Virus record (IMG/VR): IMGVR_UViG_3300035670_013228
Coordinates: 32,001-96,000 of that record
Strand: one strand, 5' to 3'
Length of the DNA: 64,000 nucleotides
Origin: a virus
A program made the position numbers and the translations under genes. Below the pieces are notes generated by a model. That model worked only from the letters and a program-made list of their open reading frames with translations, did no database searches and was not told the origin of the DNA. Below, piece after piece: positions 12,301 through 17,705 of the stretch; position 1 is the first letter of the stretch, and every line of letters begins with the position of its first letter.

Positions 12301-13694
12301 TTGTAGAATCTTTATTTCCTCGTCTTGCTTTTGGCGATACAGAAACACAGAAAAACCTAATAGAGAATCAGAGATCAAAGACACTAAATTATTTCATTAA
12401 AGATCTTATATCCGGAGTTAATATTTCTGAAGGTGCAACCTCGCCAGGCAATCCGTTTTTAACACCAATATTAAATAGAAATTCTGGTACTGTTTATCAA
12501 ATTAAAATATGGAACGATGCAGATATTTTTCCGACATATAATTATCAAGCTATTCCATATTCTGAAAACGAATATATTTGGATTCATAAGGGAGATTTAT
12601 TCAACACTTTACCATCTCAAAAAACCTTTCCCCCTATCATTACGCACGGATTTGATAGTATTTCTGTAATTAATGATTTGGATGATCTTGATCCGAATGG
12701 TACAGTTATGGATCCAGTTTATGGTATAGCTATTGGGGGATATGTTCCAACAGATGATGGTATAGGAATACAAATTCCCTATTCACACACAGGAGTACCG
12801 AACAATGCTTCGCCTTGGTCAGTCACTAATTATAAGCCAATTATTAGTGGTATAATGCAAAAATCTTTATATCCAGCCGGTACAGAGGTAGAAAAAGTAG
12901 ATACTATAAACAATGAATTGGTAATAAAAAATAATAACATTAGTTATAATGTGGATGATCAATGGTGCATAGATAAAAATAATTATATCTCTACGGCATT
13001 GTATTTCTTAGATAATCCTGGAGAAATTTTTGTTTCATCTGGTAATAATACATTTATATATTTACAAAATACCGATTCAGCTACCGGATGGCTTAAAACA
13101 TTTTCCTCTGGAGATATAGTATTTCCATACCAAAATATAGAAGATGATAATATAAAAATTATGCCTTATAATATAGTATATAATGCAGAGGGTAGATTTA
13201 CTTTTCAGATCACCGGCAGATGTAACACTAGAGAAAATGAAGATTTAGTATACAAAATTGCTACTATGGAAAATCCAAACATGCCCATCTTTGATAAGAT
13301 AACATATCCATCATTAGATTTTATACCTAAAAAATATTTTCAAAACTATCCACTTTATGTTAATAAATCAATTCAAATTATTAATAATAGTGTAATAAAA
13401 ACAAATAATTTGTTATCCTTTAATATATTGGGTGGGGAAAGACCCATAAATAAGAATTTTCCAGATATACAGCTAGCCGCTGGTATTAATGGAGATTTCG
13501 GATATTGTGGGTTTTGGCGTAATACCACAGGTACCGGAAATACTATTGTGGATGAATATGATTCAATAAATGATAGACTTAATATTAAACTCATATTAAG
13601 TTCAGATTATGGTATTAATTGGTCTGCTTACGATACGATTAAAATCAAGGTGACAGACAGCACAGGATCAGACACACTGATCTATTCTGTTTAA
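297..13694 (+). CDS. Giant (4,465 aa) tail fibre / virion adhesin with collagen, fibre repeats, cadherin and Ig-like domains
   Basis: Uninterrupted 13.4-kb ORF. N-terminal Gly-X-Y run GEKGDTGPVGPQGPPGQD. Fibre motifs GTYSKIVTDSKGRV and GTYTKFTVASNGLI, plus L(D/N)ADLLD(G/D)QHG twice. Cadherin-like YELVDG...FNYETKNIYNIRIKAMD (~3945-4160). CADG/He_PIG-like LPYWLFFNSNTTRFTGVP...GTYNIRVFASN (~4173-4460). Further putative-Ig pattern SGTLPSGLSY near 11300. Confidence 0.75.
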   Translation: MNQISIKEISPEYKYLLISQKDDSETISSTRLVISDNYTNRISFVNISQGEKGDTGPVGPQGPPGQDALSFTVLSIGSGGTNNTNYSSGNILFFDGTKITTTEYSIQDILDEAQTGANAITGILAGSGIHKIQNGNNVTLNTKIGDGLQIDANNAIIVDNSIARISDLTAGSIEGIIPISKGGTNNNFYTQNRLIYFDGFSLKSFPLSTGNFLFSGVAVNIVAGSGLIGGGSLSIPSGSIVINIPQSADILVEENSVSLTPTGTPGTYSKIVTDSKGRVIQGSNLTNADIIQILGYTPFHAGNDGIGSNLDADLLDGQHGSFYRDASNVTGILNTTVLPSSVEPGTYTKFTVASNGLISGVFFANQNDIISSLGFTPVSSTGTKNILGTTNLNGDVNINGELSIYDNLPILSTNNSSILPDTPRGISFIYGGLFTTKTGIIAYYPAEDQLKLVTNIFASGADTDGGGNQDDLNGGNAESIFLLQNLDGDASTVLLREIADSLYVKLNADEDINGIKFFNDSIFFRKPPVQISNPIGNTNPPLVIGGNTIKVSSLNADLLDDQHGFYYRNASNITGAFSYNNVTFDHIEGTHNFIPRFNDTINDPAGRISDSNLYQDNSGNIRTNDEINVIIGTSNPKTSINTLTVGVGHIVDGDNNLVVGTNNIVSGNNSIALNNSCIVDANNSIAAHSYGRAYVSNQMALGAFLTKDDTNKDLEHGQNTSINMHLPGTQAGNTWSALTPTITIPENKTFAYNVDVLISRAFGTGVAQYRFDSGIFKNATFRDSNNVFTVVNVTTQPQLAKKNEVFNNSQIRNHFHTFEHTNGSRQLQEIRTTHPPLQYNPVITENTQSSYFYTKIHKQCSGTYYKTNHGDLVLDVNKPIYSGIVNLSENTYGIKIISKNHGVRTNSNVNLLFENVTGSLLPLINDNYNVFSVINQDTFFVEQPYYSGYITYSSGLNTDFATITVDNKSISAIDTKYLSSGINATLTNNTISNLSDNNFIRNLRLDTPIIIQSGSYFFNRLVKNYNSNTIVINDPIATGTGSQQYVILNGLMKIYHIDFSFNLFKKSSKFLAKTSVDGDQIITASSTGAIANFQGSNIFGDNIYNFPIIESFYTTGNALLQTYQNTHARTGLDYTSKPTIVLENIPIPKRSSYGSGIPVRIAPLTNNSGSVFLSHKQTINGSFSYNTTQFNPYRSVYKKYDNNHMMVYYTGIDKSLNLPFTPITYELVDGFNSADNDFFSLVNINDKYYLQTTNVFNYETKNIYNIRIKAMDRKSKNFLEKSFTITVNNTTSPYSLYNIPNQEVYIDNLFDYTILSGVFNEEENGGPLSYSAKLQDGRDLPYWLFFNSNTTRFTGVPSYCDLGTYNIRVFASNNADTISKDFFIRVKDPTFETLSYENNFDTTITNITLSSDNINENLISGTIFSELNAIGSYHPYIEFLTGENSFTGTFSQNSDIVECFNRFVSYPTTIISGTAGLLRKNSSISVPANLGLSGLIATNVYKPFALTGTPALSNGNIFLTNAYNDYTDTFFSGLQIQTDHPFLPRFFTTKFFTDYYANVGARQALALETKEDDVWRDLILAENNDVIVLTHSPLTNTLLSTELRELLATNKIPLTDDEENDILIANDRLTHNTIWSVPYTGCNNGLIVDDQIILSTSRNSLINRSNIDSLLELHNTNNPSGLSLMSGSFDIEVEQWYIRDSIYNPVLSLYGFGSPDFCTLLTEDNIDLLSSESAAPSHILSNNEKDHGSRVILDNSYEILDSKYAVKDNGKLLANSVFDDLICENQDNLVHDYAIASRSGHLTILYPGHRQNYITLTFPKIEYHRFLTENEELFNDQIGNILTTESRKISYDFSYAWGKLIPFDLFSNRYFIRMNKKYLGSNTTSLVTYSETLPINNNYSISGLKQYSYVSQSGDCPVITFITGVGGFESTTYSTGNYITGVVDLYTEPGTGTITLNFNKDINLDSRDTNNLYLYNFTSTNSNLQLPVIGQYTDISILDSNTISVNNLFFKPNSGIQSSSQATGLFSCNLDRNHEYILDNNTINRIPIVFRNTINRFGNIDTSESNRPKNYTFDILNISGNKIYAKDNLNYLLKENNRPYYLDQDIKSNYTTNGIAFSGSLFKNHQYIYDIRYNQFNLDNIQKLINFRYNYQDQNIVLTVPSGFIVPYDYLKISFPTGFDYSNSVISGSVTRSSVINSNNVDLEPDKDHILLETSTSIDPSSKLIQIKLPASLPVTSSRAGTCVVNNSPINRLQSGLLINYQNSDRYGYEIDSMKDGFSFSGVVPKNHSVISTNITGLLDSNHIGHASIFTSGNALWYSGARILRQANHNDIGFSEYYLINTNISNLAPANLSGVGSSSSPYSYKIASSGYRYLEFLYLGHNTNNINITGILSMVSGALYIYHTNLTEQFNQYRSLIDQDLTVKDTLVYSGINISNNIGLSLNVNRFDKIKIELLSTTGISNFDFRTYVSSDILIKPYILESSGTLNSNLPFYPFFNPDPPTVVYSPPTYSPITDPKYNIFTDTNFYILPYIKVTKPYCEAEYNKNQQLFYNGNIIDLYNFDSIKSYLLMGDELEIIDFNNTPISISGDVCKHIFKFNPSNEELIVSGLSIDGALSISPKISSLSIENNYRHNIPFGLSYNQLLSNTGTIRFVKCNSGNIDVYDYNNLFYHTYGGTTASFPLDSSGSYVQPPQTGSYRVIYDPDSCMSGTLCVLVSGYRINAFSGFPDIRNRSNFYKTTNIIDSNGVKGAIRPYGTDKRMFFDFNDGFPEISDFYSVEDLIQPNMLSIKIPYNSNYINKSGLVLIIDSHQNIKSHLNPNLDNSFVTSSATCNITPSTIFNYYDRDAKRWKHTVHLQGQQPAFGGYDLLLSGKSSKLYSINPEPIQISGISYSIDDGNTFYTITSGLTIPDNLSELTLKITTLQGDQRLFEQDQLSTPKVSISGLSNYYVEFNEPGLYGWHGKGWNIGVKITTPPPKIYSNKDIILRVKDLTGFDQKTITLNKRIIPEVKPFATGFVLNGSSWQLGFDVTKIDIEDKLFNNEISVDVIDTPVSNNYQILHSDNKSIVVGGSTVGATTGIYYPKIILTDITTSPYTILSSGSGALVVGSSITQKPQYTIQLNNLQSTYYFDLTNQSDLMFDIPADLGPEPNQVLNNLIITFNNDIAYSLIIDSSSYNYDTKRIEVVATPTTTGNNPGYYNQPNKFINQSVSISIKQPVYDNFGNYTYQTYNKTAGFNTVFYKPVGFQPISQLSTIPFNITSPWSIEFYVLSGICQFDPQSQPNVSIFNTPNIGSYENTPIEYNLDYDYDNILKKWKVTASSTKDVFNRYIDQTGIYPISIYIDDDFSSFVTNNSFSIRYNPVTKMKNINNTLYSTPDSIFYTKVDIEDTLENTTDSISFPPTLKESSITLLFNKTIRKYDTDLNIWQNSYISDNMTDKYDAQLNIENNILSVSCRGIGNDKIIAVAKLNTMEIESNELQGVPLTITGVAGYSPGGAIEVEQGEDPWILTFKTIGGLAHINYPPTIILENMPTFCSGFNPLIDNQSQCAKTPVWNPNDMGGSWSYMFSGIPSCTLLGLKPFSITAIDTDPSLLPSSPYLPDTDYLEYAFEYTAGSFSTGEPPQIVPAEGGNDIIKPLCNVLYTKQIDFGPVLETSLCGVGPTGIKLINISGTLPSGLSYTVFFPEELNSPVAPYSNLSSGYLRIEGYPLTFASGGAYSENITLKITDARNLSTSLKIEFTDSSTPNDPDISVPIYFDTDELLLTPSTGTKIVTANTVNVWRPSPSPESLVCRSILPHNKCQTTQVFYSGFLSLDTRIYLTSLDQKVPLAVQDDIYISFETPNDNNNGAYTLMENESGIHILGKVSLISSATGIANLVLADYKQLNISNFNTFFQGSIIDNTTYCLLGGGRAKMDSTGKRGLMGLIGPSYKASITGSTFFDSSNSRLSGLELTRINTQLPQSSFVSWSDCWQTGRLYISGIVLPSINAEITDPPPAQNRLFTFNNLVESLFPRLAFGDTETQKNLIENQRSKTLNYFIKDLISGVNISEGATSPGNPFLTPILNRNSGTVYQIKIWNDADIFPTYNYQAIPYSENEYIWIHKGDLFNTLPSQKTFPPIITHGFDSISVINDLDDLDPNGTVMDPVYGIAIGGYVPTDDGIGIQIPYSHTGVPNNASPWSVTNYKPIISGIMQKSLYPAGTEVEKVDTINNELVIKNNNISYNVDDQWCIDKNNYISTALYFLDNPGEIFVSSGNNTFIYLQNTDSATGWLKTFSSGDIVFPYQNIEDDNIKIMPYNIVYNAEGRFTFQITGRCNTRENEDLVYKIATMENPNMPIFDKITYPSLDFIPKKYFQNYPLYVNKSIQIINNSVIKTNNLLSFNILGGERPINKNFPDIQLAAGINGDFGYCGFWRNTTGTGNTIVDEYDSINDRLNIKLILSSDYGINWSAYDTIKIKVTDSTGSDTLIYSV

Positions 13695-13706
13695 TAGGAT
13701 AATTTT

Positions 13707-14855
13707 ATGGCTACAATAAATATTACAGAATTACCACTAAACAGAATAACTATTAATCAAAATACAGATGATCCTAAATTTATAAGCACAAATGTTGTTA
13801 TTACAGAAAATATTCCTCCTATTACAACTATTATAGCAAATGTTGGTGTTCAGGGACCACCCGGTTCAGGACTGCCCGGGCCAATTGGTCCTCAAGGACC
13901 ACCAGGAACTGGGTTGGTCGGCCCCCAAGGTCCTGCTGGTCCTAAAGGAGATAGCGGCTCCGGCATATTATCTATAGATTTTAGTAATAATACGAATTCT
14001 ATTACCATAAATGAAGACTCTTCTACTTTATATCTAATTGGCGGTGCTGGTATAGATATCGGAATCGACAATGAAACACAAACTATAAATATAGGCAATA
14101 CTCTTGTTGGACACCAGCATATAACTTCCGATATTATTGGCTTTAATGAATTTGTAGACGATAAAGTAGCATCATTATTACAGGCTGGTACAGGCATAGG
14201 TCTAACGTATAATGACGAAGATGCCAATAAACTAATTGTATCTGTTACGGGCTTAACAACAGGAATAGATGTTCAAAGACAAAATTCAAAATTACAAAGT
14301 ATTTCAGATCTAGTAATAGAGTCAGGAAAATTATTACTAGCTAATAGCAGTTCCACATTCGAAGCGATTACATTGTCTAACACCAGTAAGAACTTTTTAA
14401 ATGACCAAACAGCAGCGGAACAAAGAAATACTCTAGGATTAGGATCAATATCCATTTATGATTCTGGAACTTTTGCTAAAATTCAGGGTGGTAATACTTT
14501 TGAGGGTATTCAATCGTTTGGTGATGGTCAGATCAATAGATTTTCCGCATCTATTAATTCGCAAAATAGCAACTCTTATGAGATACAACAATCTGATAAT
14601 GGCAAGATTATAGCATTCACCGCCAATAATAGTAGTGTATCTGTAACTTTAAATAGTAATATTTTACCGGGTTTTAACTGCTTAGCCTTGCAGTTAGGTT
14701 CGGGACAAGTTCGGCTCAGTGGTTCTATCAACAATAGATATGGTCATACAAAATTAGTTGGCCAATATTCTATAGCTACTATTGTTAAAATATCTAGTTC
14801 TCCATATATTGTTGTGCTTTCCGGAGATACGACCAGCGATAATTCTGGACCATGA
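13707..14855 (+). CDS. Collagen-repeat tail fibre / decoration protein
   Basis: About 12 Gly-X-Y triplets (GVQGPPGSGLPGPIGPQGPPGTGLVGPQGPAGPKGDSG), fibre-type motifs (HQHITSDIIGF, QRNTLGLGSIS) and a C-terminal beta domain (YEIQQSDNGKIIAF). AGGA site upstream at ~13696. Confidence 0.7.
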   Translation: MATINITELPLNRITINQNTDDPKFISTNVVITENIPPITTIIANVGVQGPPGSGLPGPIGPQGPPGTGLVGPQGPAGPKGDSGSGILSIDFSNNTNSITINEDSSTLYLIGGAGIDIGIDNETQTINIGNTLVGHQHITSDIIGFNEFVDDKVASLLQAGTGIGLTYNDEDANKLIVSVTGLTTGIDVQRQNSKLQSISDLVIESGKLLLANSSSTFEAITLSNTSKNFLNDQTAAEQRNTLGLGSISIYDSGTFAKIQGGNTFEGIQSFGDGQINRFSASINSQNSNSYEIQQSDNGKIIAFTANNSSVSVTLNSNILPGFNCLALQLGSGQVRLSGSINNRYGHTKLVGQYSIATIVKISSSPYIVVLSGDTTSDNSGP

Positions 14856-14870
14856 TAATAGGAATAAAGC

Positions 14871-16421
14871 ATGATACTACCACCATTTTTCGGTATATCA
14901 TCTAAATATGATGTAGATTTTATTAAACAATTAATTGTAGACTATTTACAACAAGATAGTATGGTCTACAAGAATCCAGTGTCTTCTAATAGCATTACTT
15001 TTTTACAAGCAGATGGAGTAACGTATGCCATTGTTATTCCTGCATTAAATATCACATATCTAAGTAATGATGTGCTATCTTTACCAAAGCTTAGTGATGG
15101 TTTATCTATTAGTTATAATAGTATAGACATATTATCATATGATCCTCCTCCGGAGTCACCAGAGCAAACTAATTTTATCTTTTGGTTAGAAGAAGACTCT
15201 CAGATAGAATTAGCTTGGAGTGTTCCATATAATAATCGATGCGATATTACAGAATATATATTACAATATGCTAATGTAGAAGAAAAAACTAGCTTCCTAG
15301 ACGAAAACTATGAACAGATTTTGGATGAGCTAGGCAATGCTATAAAGATGGAGTCAAATATAGATTCATATAGATGGTATACTTTTGATAAAGAATATAT
15401 ATTAATTCAAAATAGATTTAAATTACTATACGATACAAATGATTTTTTTGTTTCCGAAAAATCTAATGGAATAGGTCTGGTAAATACGTCTGTTGTGACC
15501 GAATTGACTAATAATGAACCGTATCAGTTCAGAATTGCTGCTAAAAACTGTGTTGGTCTTGGAGACTTTGGATATAGTAATATTCTTTTTCCCTTATCTA
15601 TGTCTCATATATATTGTGATATACTTTTATATTTGAGACCTAATTCAACTACTGATATATTTGCTTCTTTAGCGGATTATTCTTGTTACGACAAGAACTG
15701 TTTACCTATAGCACAGCCGTTAGTATCGTCCGAATCCGCTTTTGGTGCTGGCAGTTTATATTTTAATGGAAATTTGGATTCTTCATTAATTCCATTTACT
15801 TATCCACATATACAATGTATTAAAGATAATTTTAATTCATGGTCATTAAATAATGATTTTACTGTCGAGTTGTGGGTTAAACCAGCAACATCAAACCCTG
15901 TTGGAAATCAGACCATAATATCATCGTATAGTCAAAAACCTGACGCATCTACTAATCCGATTAATAATCATTATTGGAAATTATACTATAATAGTAGTGG
16001 CATTGTTTTTAAAATGGGTATTAGTAATACTAATTTTATAGAATTAACAACCAATTTCCCTTTGTCTTCATCATCTTTTAGTCATGTTGCTATTTGTAGA
16101 TTTAATAATTATATTAGATTATATATAAATGGCAATAAGTATGATAGAAAATATTATGATAAAGATATTATTATAGATAGTGACTATGCTATTCTTGGAG
16201 GAGATCAAACTATCAATTATATAGTTTCTGATACTCAAAATATAGATAGGGGCTTAATAGCAGAACCTTATATTGGTTATATAGATAATGTAATGATTAG
16301 TAAATCAGCCCGATATGCCAAAAACTTTACACCTTCGGAATACACAAATGAATCAGATTGCGATTTGTGTTCGGAACTAGAAGCCCCATCTAACTTAACC
16401 GTATCCTATATTGTAGAATAA
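14871..16421 (+). CDS. FN3 + LamG/ConA-like lectin domain virion protein
   Basis: FN3 pattern IELAWSVP...ITEYILQY...LTNNEPYQFRIAAKNCVGLG with a long loop insertion. LamG pattern SAFGAGSLYFNG...DFTVELWVKP...FSHVAICR...YIDNVMISKSARYAKNFTP. Confidence 0.8.
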   Translation: MILPPFFGISSKYDVDFIKQLIVDYLQQDSMVYKNPVSSNSITFLQADGVTYAIVIPALNITYLSNDVLSLPKLSDGLSISYNSIDILSYDPPPESPEQTNFIFWLEEDSQIELAWSVPYNNRCDITEYILQYANVEEKTSFLDENYEQILDELGNAIKMESNIDSYRWYTFDKEYILIQNRFKLLYDTNDFFVSEKSNGIGLVNTSVVTELTNNEPYQFRIAAKNCVGLGDFGYSNILFPLSMSHIYCDILLYLRPNSTTDIFASLADYSCYDKNCLPIAQPLVSSESAFGAGSLYFNGNLDSSLIPFTYPHIQCIKDNFNSWSLNNDFTVELWVKPATSNPVGNQTIISSYSQKPDASTNPINNHYWKLYYNSSGIVFKMGISNTNFIELTTNFPLSSSSFSHVAICRFNNYIRLYINGNKYDRKYYDKDIIIDSDYAILGGDQTINYIVSDTQNIDRGLIAEPYIGYIDNVMISKSARYAKNFTPSEYTNESDCDLCSELEAPSNLTVSYIVE

Positions 16422-17016
16422 CTACATATAGCTAGGAACTATAACACCCGTAGATTGTGGACCTTCTCCGCAATCATTGACCGCATTTATGGTCATTGTG
16501 CCACCATCTATGGACAAATCACCAAAAGACCAATAGAATGCATTACTATCATATGTAATATAGCCATTAGTAAAATCTCCAAGATTTTGATTAAATGGAG
16601 TATTATTTATCTTTATTCCTGTTATATATATATTGTAGCCCGTTGCTGTTGGACCCTGATCTGTCCAGCTAAGAGTATAGTAACCGCCTCCGTTATAAAT
16701 ATTAATATTTGTTGGAGCATCTGGAGTTCCAAAATTACCGGTAATGCTGCTACTATAAGATCCAACTGTTCCGCTAATATTCAGGCCAGCGACACCGAAT
16801 TCGTAAGAGTAACAATTTGTGCCCGTTAGAGAGCCTATAGTGCCAGAATTACTATTGAACAATGTTGATGTTGTCCAGTTTTCTTCTGATGTATTTTTAT
16901 ATCTAACATAATATCCTGATAGCGGAATTTTATTTGTCATATCTAAACTATTCCATGTTATGTTACCCGTTGTGGAGTTAACGGATAAGCTTAAGCCCGT
17001 TGGGGCTTCTAATACC
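16373..17016. repeat. 34-bp imperfect inverted repeat (16373-16406 / 16983-17016), 26/34 identical, with an 11-bp perfect core TAGAAGCCCCA
   Basis: Plus strand 16373-16406 is GGAACTAGAAGCCCCATCTAACTTAACCGTATCC. The reverse complement of 16983-17016 is GGTATTAGAAGCCCCAACGGGCTTAAGCTTATCC. Both cores lie in the same reading phase, within the L-E-A-P codons. Confidence 0.8.
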
Positions 17017-17576
17017 TCAACATATTGAACAGATAGTCCTTGTGGGGCATTTGGTGCTTCTGGAGAGGTTGTGCTGATAATATATCCAGTAGAGTATGGC
17101 CCAATACCCACAGCATTGATGCCGGCGATTCTTATTGTATATTCGGTATCTTCTACTAATCCGGATAATAAGTATTGAGAATTACCGCTAGTTGACAAGC
17201 CAGTTGCTAATGATGAATTTCCAGAATATTCAATATAATTACCAGTAATAGAACATCCACCATTATTAGGCATAATCCAAGAAAGATTAATAGTAGTATC
17301 TGATGGAACACCAGAGATATTTGTTGGAGCATAAGGCAATAGTCCCATTATACCGCTAGCAGAACTACTAAATGGTCCTGTACCAACCAGATTGCTTCCT
17401 GCTACTCTAAAGTAGTAATTTTCACATGTGTCAAGACCGGTTACAAAGCCTGATGAGGCTATAAATTTTTCTATATATTCTGTCCAAGTAGCATTATCTT
17501 GACTATATTCTATTATATATCCGGTGGGTACAGCATTAGTTGGAGCATTCCATGTTAGTAAAAATTTTTTAATCAT
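16422..17576 (-). CDS. Protein with four FN3 domains (only minus-strand gene in the window)
   Basis: Four W...Y...Y-F-V-A-G-x-N-xx-G FN3 units. It has its own ATG, with an in-frame TAG four codons upstream. Its stop abuts the stop of the convergent gene with zero gap. Confidence 0.85.
   Translation of the reverse strand: MIKKFLLTWNAPTNAVPTGYIIEYSQDNATWTEYIEKFIASSGFVTGLDTCENYYFRVAGSNLVGTGPFSSSASGIMGLLPYAPTNISGVPSDTTINLSWIMPNNGGCSITGNYIEYSGNSSLATGLSTSGNSQYLLSGLVEDTEYTIRIAGINAVGIGPYSTGYIISTTSPEAPNAPQGLSVQYVEVLEAPTGLSLSVNSTTGNITWNSLDMTNKIPLSGYYVRYKNTSEENWTTSTLFNSNSGTIGSLTGTNCYSYEFGVAGLNISGTVGSYSSSITGNFGTPDAPTNINIYNGGGYYTLSWTDQGPTATGYNIYITGIKINNTPFNQNLGDFTNGYITYDSNAFYWSFGDLSIDGGTMTINAVNDCGEGPQSTGVIVPSYM
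16705..17332. repeat. 16-bp direct repeat ATATTTGTTGGAGCAT (16705-16720, 17317-17332), with a 10-bp third copy at 17539-17548
   Basis: Read directly. It encodes the A-P-T-N start of FN3 units on the minus strand. Confidence 0.75.
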
Positions 17577-17705
17577 ATATAAATGCTACTATTAAAAAAG
17601 AGTATAAATAGATTTAAACATTAAATACACCTATTTACGTTATTGGAGCATATTTTTGATTTAGGGGTATTATTAAGATAAGTATGGATTCATAAGGGAG
17701 ATATA
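17577..17705. promoter_or_regulatory. Divergent promoter region between the minus FN3 gene and the next + operon
   Basis: 129-bp AT-rich gap, the longest in the window, between divergent starts. It contains TATAAATA (17603-17610, +), GGTGTAT (17625-17631, -), GGGGTAT (17664-17670, +) and the RBS AAGGGAG before ATG 17706. Individual elements are not proven. Confidence 0.45.

Noticed and set aside
297-14855. Eukaryotic or giant-virus origin suggested by collagen, cadherin and FN3
   Set aside because: Bacterial RBSs, ATGA overlaps and canonical tube-chaperone-TMP-hub synteny indicate a tailed bacteriophage.
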